In this document: positions 10,551 to 19,888 of the stretch, piece by piece | How the letters are laid out: each line of letters starts with the position of its first letter | How positions within the stretch are numbered: position 1 is the first letter of the stretch | Source: Methanosphaera stadtmanae DSM 3091 | Lineage (GTDB): Archaea; Methanobacteriota; Methanobacteria; Methanobacteriales; Methanobacteriaceae | Direction: 5' to 3' | DNA length: 32,000 bases | NCBI RefSeq assembly: GCF_000012545.1 | Contig: NC_007681.1 | Span: forward strand, 300,001 to 332,000 | Translations under genes and position numbers: made by a program | The notes under the pieces: generated by a model | What the model was told of the DNA's origin: nothing | The model's database searches: none | The model's input: only the letters and a program-made list of their open reading frames with translations

Positions 10551-10944
10551 ATTATTTAACTCCATATTTGTTATGTTCTAATGGGATAATTCTTGTTAGA
10601 AATTATTTTTTTTTAATATTGTTTTTCTAATATTTTTTTTATCCCTTTGTTTTAGACTAATTACTACTAAGATTTATTGAGTATATAAAGGTTTAGAAAA
10701 ATCATTAAAAAACACCATTATTTTTTTGTCTTTTTGGGACTTTTTCTTATGGAACTTTATTTTTTTACAAAAAATATGAAGCTTTTTAGACTTTTTTCAA
10801 GTAAATTGTAATCTAATTATTACAAATTAATAAAAAAGTATTATAACATACTGTAAAATAAGTATTTTTCATGAAAAATATTACATAAAATTAAAAAAAT
10901 AGGAAAAAATGAAAAATAAAATCAAGTATTTTTTATAGTATATT

Positions 10945-11871
10945 TTATTCCTCATTGGGCCATGTGTCATTCATCTTAATAAGTGCTTGTTCTCTAGTTG
11001 GAATATTTGTCTGTGTACCCTGGGTTTCTACAATATATGATGATACAGTACTTGCAAATCTACCACATGTTTTAAGGTTATTGTCTCTTAAATATAAACT
11101 TAAAAATGCTGCCTTGTATGAATCACCAGCACCAGTAGGGTCGAATGATTTGGTAGGTACGGCTTCTATTTTTAATGGATCTTCTCCTTTAACATAGATT
11201 AAACTTCCTTTTTCACCAAGTGTTTGAATAATCATATTTGGTCCATTTTTCATTAATTCATCAATATTTTTCTCTAGTAAATCACAGATATGTTCAATTT
11301 CATGTTCATTACCAAATAATATATTACAATTAGCAACTACTTCTTTTAAATCATTAGTACTATAGAGATGTAAATCCTGTCCTGGATCGAATGATACTAA
11401 TTTATTTTGTGAATAAGCATATTTTCCTGCTTTTATATTATATTCAGGGTCTCCTGTTGCAAGATGCACAGCTTTAGCTTTATCAATAGCTTCTTTAGGT
11501 ACTGGACTTTCATGATATTTTTTAGCAGCTCCCCAATAGAAATAAAACATTTGTTCATCATCAGGATTTGTTAAACAAAATGCTGTAGGTGTTTTATGTT
11601 CTTGGGATAGTATCATATCAGATATGTCAATATTTTCATTAAGTAATTCTTTTTTATAATCACTATCTTCAAAGTCATTACCAACACAGGATATAAGACC
11701 AACATCTAATCCCATTTTACTTGCAACAACAGCAACATTACCAGCAGCTCCACCATGTAATGTTTCCATATTATCTATTATAGCTGAGGTATTAATTTTT
11801 GAAAATTCTCTTACTTGCATAATATAATCAAAAGCAGTATGTCCTAATACTAGTAAATCTACGTTTTTCAT
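10945..11871 (-). CDS. PfkB/ribokinase-family carbohydrate or nucleoside kinase
   Basis: 308 aa with the GG motif (LHGGAAGNVA) and the C-terminal DPTGAGDSY anion-hole motif of the PfkB family. Substrate cannot be read from the sequence. Confidence 0.82.
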   Translation of the reverse strand: MKNVDLLVLGHTAFDYIMQVREFSKINTSAIIDNMETLHGGAAGNVAVVASKMGLDVGLISCVGNDFEDSDYKKELLNENIDISDMILSQEHKTPTAFCLTNPDDEQMFYFYWGAAKKYHESPVPKEAIDKAKAVHLATGDPEYNIKAGKYAYSQNKLVSFDPGQDLHLYSTNDLKEVVANCNILFGNEHEIEHICDLLEKNIDELMKNGPNMIIQTLGEKGSLIYVKGEDPLKIEAVPTKSFDPTGAGDSYKAAFLSLYLRDNNLKTCGRFASTVSSYIVETQGTQTNIPTREQALIKMNDTWPNEE

Positions 11872-12066
11872 TGTTATCCTCCATATTTAAGTTGGATTGT
11901 TAAATCTATGATTTTTTTTTCATAATGTATATTGAAGTTTTTCAATATGCCTATTATAATCATATGTCTAAATAAGATTATACAATTTTTTATTATATTG
12001 TAGTAATTTATAATTATAATCTTGAATAAAAAAAATAGTATAGTTAATATAAAGGAAAAATATTCG

Positions 12067-12888
12067 ATGTTTAGAGAGAAATTATCTGATTATTATGATA
12101 GAGATGTTATCTTTTCTATTATAATGGGAATAATAGTAGGATTACTTGTTGTATATATCTGTATTATATTTAATCTAGCAATATGGGGATTTAATATATA
12201 TCTTATATTTGCACCATTAATTGCAGGTTTTGTAGAAACATATCTTTCTCAAAAATTAACAAATACAACATCTGGAGCTATTAGTTCAATAGTATTATTT
12301 ATAGTAACAAATCTTATTGGCTGGCTATTTCCAGCACAGGCAATTACATGGAATGTATTTACTATTGGTGGAATAGCAATAATGTTACAAGCAGCATTTC
12401 CATTAACAGTAAACTACATTCTAATATTTTTATTACTGTTGTTTGTCTATATCTTTGGTAGAATTGGTGGTTTTATAGGGTTGTTATTTGATAAAAATCT
12501 ATTTGATGCTCCAAAGAAGATAAGTGATATAGGTGATATGGATGAATTAAATATTTTAATTTTAAATAATCAGCCAAAGATACCAATAAAAGAATATCAT
12601 GGACTTGTATTTGCAGAGGAAATATTTGAATTTGAAGAAAAAACCCATAATGAAAGATTAGAATATTTAGGTTCTAATTTAAGTAAAAAAAAGTCTATAC
12701 AACATAGAGACTATCTTATTGCAAGGGATTATATTCTATTAATACTTGAAAAAGAGGCAGTTAAACTTAATGCTAATGCTATTATTGATATTGAAATAGA
12801 ATATACAAATTATAATCAACAGTTACCTCCAGATATGTTAATGGCAGCATATGGTACTGCAGTAACTATTGATGAAAAATATTTATAA
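12067..12888 (+). CDS. membrane protein with a C-terminal YbjQ/UPF0145-like domain
   Basis: About four hydrophobic helices are followed by a soluble domain ending NANAIIDIEIEYT...MAAYGTAVTI, which is the YbjQ signature. The start is uncertain: ATG 12067 has AGGA upstream, and TTG 12022 is the ORF-track start. Confidence 0.6.
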   Translation: MFREKLSDYYDRDVIFSIIMGIIVGLLVVYICIIFNLAIWGFNIYLIFAPLIAGFVETYLSQKLTNTTSGAISSIVLFIVTNLIGWLFPAQAITWNVFTIGGIAIMLQAAFPLTVNYILIFLLLLFVYIFGRIGGFIGLLFDKNLFDAPKKISDIGDMDELNILILNNQPKIPIKEYHGLVFAEEIFEFEEKTHNERLEYLGSNLSKKKSIQHRDYLIARDYILLILEKEAVKLNANAIIDIEIEYTNYNQQLPPDMLMAAYGTAVTIDEKYL

Positions 12889-12902
12889 AAAAAGAAGATG
12901 GA

Positions 12903-15233
12903 TTATTGTTCCCATCTTTTTCTATCTAATAATTCTTGTTTTTTACCTGCATTCCATCCACCAGAAGCAGTTTCTGCATGACCTACTTGTTGAACATATC
13001 CTGTAATTCTATCATACCATTCAACATTTCTAGTTTCTCCACAATGTGTACATTTAGTTTGTAATCCTTTCATCAATGTTTTACAATTTATACAGAAACT
13101 TAAAGCACTACTGTATGCCCAGAATCCAATATCTGTTTTATGTGTAATTTTATTAGTTAAACTCATTAAACTATCAGGGTCACTGTATGATTCTCCCATA
13201 AATGCATGGAATATGTGTCCACCTTGTGTTAGAGGATGATAGTCTGATTCAATTCTTATTTTTTCTGGTAAACTTAGTGAGGTATCTACAGGTACGTGGC
13301 TACTGTTTGTATAGTAGGAAGCATTACTATCTCCATTACATATTACTTGGTCAGGATATTTTTCTCTGTCCATGGTTGCAAATCTATATGCAGTACTTTC
13401 TGCTGGTGTTTGTATAACTCCCCATCTTAGTCCTGTTTCTTTCTTAAGTTCATTTGCTCTGTCATTTATGTGTTGAATTACTTTTAATCCAAGATTATTT
13501 GAGTCTTTATCTTCAAGTCCAGCACCAGTTTGTGCAAGAAGCATTTCATTTAATCCTACAAATCCAAAGGATAATGTACTGTTATCAACCATGTAATATG
13601 GATCTTCACCCATTTTTTGTGTTAAAAATGGTAGTATGTTGTAATCATTTAAACATTTTAGGGCTCTTTCACGTCTAAGTAGTAATACATCTTCTACTAT
13701 TTTCATGTAGTCATCTAGGTAGTCGAAGATTTCTGTTTCATCACGTGCATTATATCCAATTCTTGGAAGGTTCATTGTAACATATGCAAGATTTCCTGTT
13801 CTTAAACAATCTTTTTCCCAGTCACCTGTCCAGTTATCTGATAATCTGGTACGACATCCCATGTAATTTGCCATGTTTCCCATGTATTTTGGTAACATAT
13901 TTATGAAGTATGCTGTTCCAAATTTAGCAGATAAAAAGTGTACTCTTTCAATATCTTCGGTAAATTCTGGTGTTAAACATTCTTTTCTTAGGTAGTATAT
14001 TGTATTTGGGAAAAGATGTGGTTTTCCCTCTGCATCTCCTTTAATTAATGCTTCAGTGAATGCTCTTTGGAGAAGTCTTACTTCTTTTTCATAATCTCCA
14101 TATACTCCCATTACTTTTCCACCAGGTCCATATGCTGGTTCATTTTTAAGGAAGTCTGGTACAGTAAATTCGAGTCCTATACTTGTAAATGGTACTTGTC
14201 CTCCACGTGCGGCATATGCCATGTTTAGGTTGAATATTAACATTTCAACAGATTGTTTTATTTTTTCATATGGAAGTCCTGCTGCAAATGGTGCTACAAA
14301 CACATTCCATAGACTCATTGCTTGTCCACCACTCATGTTTTGTTGTGCAGCTAACATTATTTCTCCTGAATGATTCATTAATGTTTCAATATGGTTTGGA
14401 CATCCTGCTACACTAGTATGGTCTCCTGTTCCATCTACTTTTAATCCATATCGTATGAATTGTCTTAGGTCGTGTTGTAAACAGTTTATTGGTCTTCCTG
14501 CAAAGAATTCTAAATCATGTATATGTACTGTTCCATTCATATGTGCATCTGCCAAGTTATGTGGTAATATATTTAGTAGTGCATATTGTTTTAGAGATTC
14601 ATCTGCAACATATTTATGTATTGTTTCAGGGTTATGCATCATATTTGCATTGTCTTTATTTCCTGATTCTATTAGATTTGTTATGTTGTATACTGGCATT
14701 CCTAGTCTTGTGTATTTTCTTCTTAATGATTCAAGACCATTTTCTGTTAGTTTGGTATTAACCATTTCTCTAATTATTGGTGCTGTTAGATAGTCAAGTT
14801 GTAGTTTTTTAAGTTCTTTATATACTTCTGTTGCTATTTTATCTGCTAGTTTTGGTGTTGTTTGTGTTTCTTGAATTAATGTATTTGCAATTTTTGATTT
14901 ATCAAATGCTTCTATTGTATCTCTACCTGTTCTTACACGTAGTGTGTTGTTGTTGTAGTATTTGTCTGCTAGTTTAGTGTTTTCTTTTTGAAGTAGTTTG
15001 TATATTAGGTTTTTGATTTCTTTGGTTGTTATGTTATCATGTGCTTTTTTAGATACTTTGTATGCTATTTTTTCTGCTAAACCTAATGGGATATTAATCA
15101 TAATACATGATTTTACGAGTTTTTCATAACTGAATTTTTCCTTTATTCCATCATTTTTTATTACATGAATTTCATTAAGGTTATATGTATCTTGAATTGT
15201 TTCAGGATCTTTCATCATAATTACAACTTCCAT
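12903..15233 (-). CDS. nrdD: anaerobic ribonucleoside-triphosphate reductase (class III) with N-terminal ATP-cone
   Basis: 776 aa with an ATP-cone (IHVIKNDGIKEKFSYEKL), a C-terminal Zn ribbon (CINC...CTHCG) and the glycyl-radical motif RITGY. Alternative ATG starts lie 5-6 codons downstream. Confidence 0.95.
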   Translation of the reverse strand: MEVVIMMKDPETIQDTYNLNEIHVIKNDGIKEKFSYEKLVKSCIMINIPLGLAEKIAYKVSKKAHDNITTKEIKNLIYKLLQKENTKLADKYYNNNTLRVRTGRDTIEAFDKSKIANTLIQETQTTPKLADKIATEVYKELKKLQLDYLTAPIIREMVNTKLTENGLESLRRKYTRLGMPVYNITNLIESGNKDNANMMHNPETIHKYVADESLKQYALLNILPHNLADAHMNGTVHIHDLEFFAGRPINCLQHDLRQFIRYGLKVDGTGDHTSVAGCPNHIETLMNHSGEIMLAAQQNMSGGQAMSLWNVFVAPFAAGLPYEKIKQSVEMLIFNLNMAYAARGGQVPFTSIGLEFTVPDFLKNEPAYGPGGKVMGVYGDYEKEVRLLQRAFTEALIKGDAEGKPHLFPNTIYYLRKECLTPEFTEDIERVHFLSAKFGTAYFINMLPKYMGNMANYMGCRTRLSDNWTGDWEKDCLRTGNLAYVTMNLPRIGYNARDETEIFDYLDDYMKIVEDVLLLRRERALKCLNDYNILPFLTQKMGEDPYYMVDNSTLSFGFVGLNEMLLAQTGAGLEDKDSNNLGLKVIQHINDRANELKKETGLRWGVIQTPAESTAYRFATMDREKYPDQVICNGDSNASYYTNSSHVPVDTSLSLPEKIRIESDYHPLTQGGHIFHAFMGESYSDPDSLMSLTNKITHKTDIGFWAYSSALSFCINCKTLMKGLQTKCTHCGETRNVEWYDRITGYVQQVGHAETASGGWNAGKKQELLDRKRWEQ

Positions 15234-15265
15234 TTTTTTCTATAATTTATTCTTTGATGTAAGTA

Positions 15266-15276
15266 ATATTTAAATT
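15266..15276 (-). promoter_or_regulatory. candidate TATA box (AATTTAAATAT on the minus strand) upstream of nrdD
   Basis: AT-rich TATA-like element about 35-45 nt upstream of the nrdD start in the 124-bp polD-nrdD gap. Called from sequence pattern only. Confidence 0.3.
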
Positions 15277-15357
15277 CTTACGAAAAGTAGTTCTAATCCA
15301 TTGAAACTATACTTAATTTTTAAATAAAAAAATAGTTGGGGGTTAAACTAGTATTTT

Positions 15358-18300
15358 CTAGAAAAATGCATCTAATGAACTCTGTTTAGATTTGTCGCTT
15401 TCAAATAATGAGTTAATTCCTGTCTCTAATATTTCAATACGTTCTACAACATACGGATTTATTGGATATCTGTGTGATAAATCCTTAGATATGTCTAGAT
15501 ACTTAAGAACAGATCCTTTTGAAATACTTAAAATTAAGTTATTTCCACAAGTACATTCTCCTGATAGTGGAATACGTCTGTATTTAGCTCCACATTTAGT
15601 ACACCTTACTTTCTGGCGTGAGAATGCTCTAATATTTCCTGCCATATCAGGTAGGAAGTGGGAGTTTAAAACACCCTCTACAACACCTTTTTGATCAACT
15701 GCTCTTAGTAGTTCGGCAAGTGCAATTTGACTTTCAACTTTGTCTGTCATAGTCTGTAGAGTCTTATACAAACAAATTTTTGGTCCGGCATGTATCGAAC
15801 TAGTTGGATGGGAATACATAAGACCATGATACTGATTATCAGTACCTAATCTTGATTCCACATTATCAACTAAATCATTAACATCAGATGGTTTAACACC
15901 ACCTTCTTCAGTTTTATGATAAATTTCTAAAGGAATTCTTTTCATACAATCAATATTATGTGATTCATCATCAATTTCCTCAGGATCAATTCTAATACTT
16001 AAAACTAAAGGAGCATCCATACTTCCACCACGAGTACTTGGAAGATATGTTTTACCAAAGTTTAACAATGCATCTAGAAGTAACATTACAGCATCTTCAT
16101 CACTATCACAATTTCGTCTTTTTGCAGAATGGAAATAAGGATGTGCATAACAACAGGATGCCTTAGTAAATCCTACAATACGTCCTAAAACACCAGCAGA
16201 TGTGTGTGGTGCAAGACCTGCAATTAAATGACCAACTAAATCAACCCTATTTTCAGCATTATAAAATGGTTCCATATGATAATAACGTATGAGTAAATCA
16301 TCAATAAATTTAGAAACCTTTAGAAGATAATCACCACAACTTTCACTAACAACAATATCCTGAATCTTAATTTCAATAATTTGATTATCATTAGTTATAG
16401 GCTTGCCATATATATCTTCAGTATATCCCATTTCTAGAATTTTTTCATATGGAACTCCAACTTCCCTTGGAATAAAATGTGTTAAGGGCAAATCTGTAGA
16501 ATCATGTCTGATAGTACCATCACGATATGTGAAAACATCATTACGAGCACGTAAAATACCTTTTTCTAATGGTTCAGGATATTTATCCTCAGAAATCAAT
16601 CCTTTAACACCTTTTACCTCATCTAAACGTCTTACATTAACATTCTCAAATGCATCCATAAGTAACTTATCTAATTTAATATTCTTAGCAGCAGAACTTT
16701 CAAGCTCAGTTCTACTTCCACAAACAGGACACAAAGCCTTAAATGATGAAACTTTACAATCAGGATTAGTACATTTACACTTAGCAAGTGTTACCTTGAT
16801 AGTACCTTTCTTTGCAGCCTCAACAATGTTACGAATATTACCAGCATAATTTCCAATAGGGAAAAGTGAATGAGGGGCAGGTTTCATAAGACGTTCCTTA
16901 GTTTTTTCAGGACGACCTACACGACCACCTATATAAGTTGGAGCCTTAGATTTAATAGAAACTGGACTAATCATATTAACAGCTTCAATAGTTTCCATAT
17001 CTTCATCTGGAGATAATGATTTATTAAGAACACTCATCAAAGTATATAAATTATCATTAGACATAATTAATGATTTATTATTCACATGATGTGGAATTCC
17101 AAGAACTTCAATAATTCTTTTATGATAATCAATAGGTATACGATTCATATCAGATTTAAATACATCTTCTGGACTATCAATTAAACTATATAAATAATTG
17201 TGCAAGTCATTCAATTCCTCTTTTGTTACATCATTATAATAAAATGTAAACTTAGGATGAAGTGGTGTATTTGTTTTTTTAGCAATATCAAATGCTTTTT
17301 TAGCATCAATATCTAATTTAAGAAGGGCATTTAACTCCATATTCTCATTAAAATCAATTCCAAACGTATCATGAGTTTCTTTAAAGTATTCTGAAGCTTC
17401 AATTTCTTGAGCCCACCATTCCTCACACCAAGCTGAAACATCAAGTGGAATATTTCCACGAAGATATTCTCCAAATGCAACAAGCATATCACCAAGGAAT
17501 ATTATTTCATTAACATCTCTTCTAATACTAATTGCCTTGGACACATCATTTACCTGAATAACATCACCATTTTTTAACTTAACAATAGGTCCTTCAATAG
17601 AATCACAAGGTACAACACAATTACCTTTACCAGGTTTTTCAATTTTCATCTGTGTACCTATAGCTAGAAATTCAACAATTTCCATGGTAGCAGGATGTAT
17701 AGCCATAGAAGCTAAACCACTATCACGTGTACGTCCATATCGTAGTCTAAAACCACCTTTTGCACCAGGATATGACATAACTGGTCTTCCACCAATGATA
17801 TCTTCCATGTATTTAGCTTTCTTCTTAGGTTTATTCTCTGAAGATTCTTCTTTTTTCTTCTCTTCCTCTTTTGTAGATTTAGGAGCTGTAAAATATTCAA
17901 GCCAATCCCATCCATCAATTTTAAGAGTTTTAGCATATTTAACAATCTTTCTTGATTTTTGAATAACTCCTTCAGCAACAGCAAGAAGTGCTCCTCCACG
18001 AAGATTGTTAGTTTCTACACGTGGAAGATCTCTGTTTTGTACCTCAACAGGATCTGTTTGTTCACCAGTAACTTCTACAGGAATTCCTCTAATAGCTAAT
18101 CTAACTTCATCAGGTGTAGGGGAATATTGAAGATTTGTTACTTCAGATTCATATAATTCAACTTCTTCAACATATCGCTCTATTTCATCATCAGTAGGTT
18201 TATATCTGTCAAGTCCTTGGGACATACGAATATAATCACCAAGAAGTACAGCTAGTGCAGCAGCAGTACCTCCAGCACTACGAATAGGTCCAGCAAAATA

Positions 18301-18711
18301 CACACCAAAACATTTAGTTCCATCACTATTATCTTTAATTTTAACCTTAGCAATACCTTCTAGAGGAGCGGCTACTACTCCTTCTGTTAATATAGCAAGA
18401 GCAGTACGTATAGCACTATCTGCATTTGCTTCTTGAACTTCATAATCATTTGGTTGTCCTTCAACATCATCTTTAGTTGCAATTTCTTTAGCTATTTGGA
18501 ATGCAACTTCTTCTCTTGACATACTTTTTTCTAATTCTTTTATTCTTTTTGCAACGCCTTCTGGACCAACAAGTCCCTCTACTCTTTCGGCCAAGTCCTT
18601 TGCAAGGGGTATTTCAGGTTCTAATTCTAAATCTTTTCCTTGTTTACGTGCTTCTCTGGCAATAGCATATAGTTCTTTAGTTTTTTCTTCAAGCATTCCA
18701 AAATAATCCAT
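15358..18711 (-). CDS. polC: DNA polymerase II (PolD) large subunit DP2
   Basis: 1117 aa with the typical DP2 N-terminus (MDYF...LYAIAREARKQGKDLE...PLAKDLAERVEGLVGP) and Zn-finger Cys clusters (CKCTNPDC...CPVCG; CTKCG...CTCG). GGAGG lies 9 nt upstream. There is no intein-sized insertion. Confidence 0.95.
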   Translation of the reverse strand: MDYFGMLEEKTKELYAIAREARKQGKDLELEPEIPLAKDLAERVEGLVGPEGVAKRIKELEKSMSREEVAFQIAKEIATKDDVEGQPNDYEVQEANADSAIRTALAILTEGVVAAPLEGIAKVKIKDNSDGTKCFGVYFAGPIRSAGGTAAALAVLLGDYIRMSQGLDRYKPTDDEIERYVEEVELYESEVTNLQYSPTPDEVRLAIRGIPVEVTGEQTDPVEVQNRDLPRVETNNLRGGALLAVAEGVIQKSRKIVKYAKTLKIDGWDWLEYFTAPKSTKEEEKKKEESSENKPKKKAKYMEDIIGGRPVMSYPGAKGGFRLRYGRTRDSGLASMAIHPATMEIVEFLAIGTQMKIEKPGKGNCVVPCDSIEGPIVKLKNGDVIQVNDVSKAISIRRDVNEIIFLGDMLVAFGEYLRGNIPLDVSAWCEEWWAQEIEASEYFKETHDTFGIDFNENMELNALLKLDIDAKKAFDIAKKTNTPLHPKFTFYYNDVTKEELNDLHNYLYSLIDSPEDVFKSDMNRIPIDYHKRIIEVLGIPHHVNNKSLIMSNDNLYTLMSVLNKSLSPDEDMETIEAVNMISPVSIKSKAPTYIGGRVGRPEKTKERLMKPAPHSLFPIGNYAGNIRNIVEAAKKGTIKVTLAKCKCTNPDCKVSSFKALCPVCGSRTELESSAAKNIKLDKLLMDAFENVNVRRLDEVKGVKGLISEDKYPEPLEKGILRARNDVFTYRDGTIRHDSTDLPLTHFIPREVGVPYEKILEMGYTEDIYGKPITNDNQIIEIKIQDIVVSESCGDYLLKVSKFIDDLLIRYYHMEPFYNAENRVDLVGHLIAGLAPHTSAGVLGRIVGFTKASCCYAHPYFHSAKRRNCDSDEDAVMLLLDALLNFGKTYLPSTRGGSMDAPLVLSIRIDPEEIDDESHNIDCMKRIPLEIYHKTEEGGVKPSDVNDLVDNVESRLGTDNQYHGLMYSHPTSSIHAGPKICLYKTLQTMTDKVESQIALAELLRAVDQKGVVEGVLNSHFLPDMAGNIRAFSRQKVRCTKCGAKYRRIPLSGECTCGNNLILSISKGSVLKYLDISKDLSHRYPINPYVVERIEILETGINSLFESDKSKQSSLDAFF

Positions 18712-18865
18712 TAAATGTAGCCTCCATACTATGTATTTAATATTATTTAAAAAAATATTAGTATTATAATAATATATGTTATTTGTAATTTATAGAATTT
18801 TACTACTATTAGAATATGTAGTATAAAAAAAGTAAAGAAATAAAATTATTTTATTTTTATTTTAT

Positions 18866-19144
18866 TTAAAAATAGGGAATATTTCTATTTTCATTTATTG
18901 CATCTGTACATGACATAGTATCATAGAGAACATATGCCCACCATACAAAACCTATTAAAAACATGATAAATAATCCATAAGGTAGAGTTTTTAATAAATC
19001 TGAGAATATGAATGCTAATGTTATTTCAATTCCAAATTCAACTATGCCTCTATAATATAGTCCATTATATATATTTCCAAGTCCACAGAAAACAAAAGAT
19101 AATGCAGTTGCAATGAACTTATTTTTTCTAATATTGTTTGTTAT
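18866..19144 (-). CDS. small two-TM membrane protein with G-L-G-N-I-Y-N-G motif; no canonical start codon (putative ATA start)
   Basis: My hand translation gives 92 uninterrupted codons: ITNNIRKNKFIATALSFVFCGLGNIYNGLYYRGIVEFGIEITLAFIFSDLLKTLPYGLFIMFLIGFVWWAYVLYDTMSCTDAINENRNIPYF, then stop. AAAGGAGG lies 7 nt upstream of ATA 19144-19142. It is absent from the ORF track because the first ATG/GTG/TTG in frame is codon 61. Confidence 0.45.
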   Translation of the reverse strand: MTNNIRKNKFIATALSFVFCGLGNIYNGLYYRGIVEFGIEITLAFIFSDLLKTLPYGLFIMFLIGFVWWAYVLYDTMSCTDAINENRNIPYF

Positions 19145-19270
19145 GTGAAGGCCTCCTTTTATATATGATAATATATTATTAATATATTAAATATTATTTC
19201 TTTAATTAATTCAATACTTAATTTATCAAATTACCATATACATTACGGGAACTCTGGTTAAAATAAGTCT

Positions 19271-19315
19271 TTATAAAAAAAGATAAAAATAATTCAATGA
19301 TTATAATCACTGAAT
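19271..19315 (-). terminator. hairpin plus T-run directly after the 107-aa gene
   Basis: On the minus strand, ATTCAGTGA-TTATAA-TCATTGAAT (9-bp stem with one mismatch, 19292-19315) is followed by TATTTTTATCTTTTTTT. Confidence 0.45.
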
Positions 19316-19316
19316 T

Positions 19317-19640
19317 TTAAATTAGAGTTATAAATAATAGTATAATTACAATTAATATAATTATAATTAATAGAATAATGGAGTGATTAATACCTTCATT
19401 AGAATCTGGCGTATTATCCTCATTTACCATAACTTCTGTGTTTTTATCATCAGATGTATCTTTTTTATTGATAGTTTCATCCGTAGTTGACGTGTCTATT
19501 TTATCAATAATTTCATCAACAGAAGTATCTATTTTATCAACACTTTCTTCTATATCTACATCAGCATCTGCAGTACCTTTAATAAATTTTTCTTTTCTTA
19601 AAAATTCAGTAAAGGATAATTTATCATCTTCACTTGTCAT
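19317..19640 (-). CDS. acidic, Asp/Thr-rich repeat protein with a C-terminal transmembrane anchor (tail-anchored)
   Basis: 107 aa with GGGAGG 10 nt upstream. It has internal VDKIDTS / IDKIDTS / INKKDTS repeats and a C-terminal run IILLIIIILIVIILLFITLI. Confidence 0.55.
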   Translation of the reverse strand: MTSEDDKLSFTEFLRKEKFIKGTADADVDIEESVDKIDTSVDEIIDKIDTSTTDETINKKDTSDDKNTEVMVNEDNTPDSNEGINHSIILLIIIILIVIILLFITLI

Positions 19641-19888
19641 AACAGGTAACCTCCCATATTAGAGAATTAATAATTAATATATGATTTATCATTATTTATT
19701 ATTATGGTTTTTTTAAGGGTTTTTTTTAAATAAAACTTTTATTTCCATCAGATTTATTTTATAATTCTTAATAAAATTTTTTTAATATAAAAAATACAAA
19801 TCATAATATACATAACTAAGAAGAAATTAAAAAAACTATTATAATTATACATATAATAAAAAAATGGATTCTAAAAACGGGTGATAAA

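Noticed and set aside
12903-18711. Inteins or insertions in NrdD or PolD DP2; missing nrdG activase.
   Set aside because: Both proteins have ordinary lengths, and conserved blocks are continuous with no Cys/Ser...HN intein boundaries. The nrdG gene is commonly unlinked in methanogens, so its absence here is not informative.
19641-19888. Twin GG-T7/8-AA runs (ATGGTTTTTTTAAGGGTTTTTTTTAAA, about 19705-19731) as terminators.
   Set aside because: They are oriented for a + strand transcript, but no + strand gene lies upstream. They are probably just part of the AT-rich divergent promoter region.
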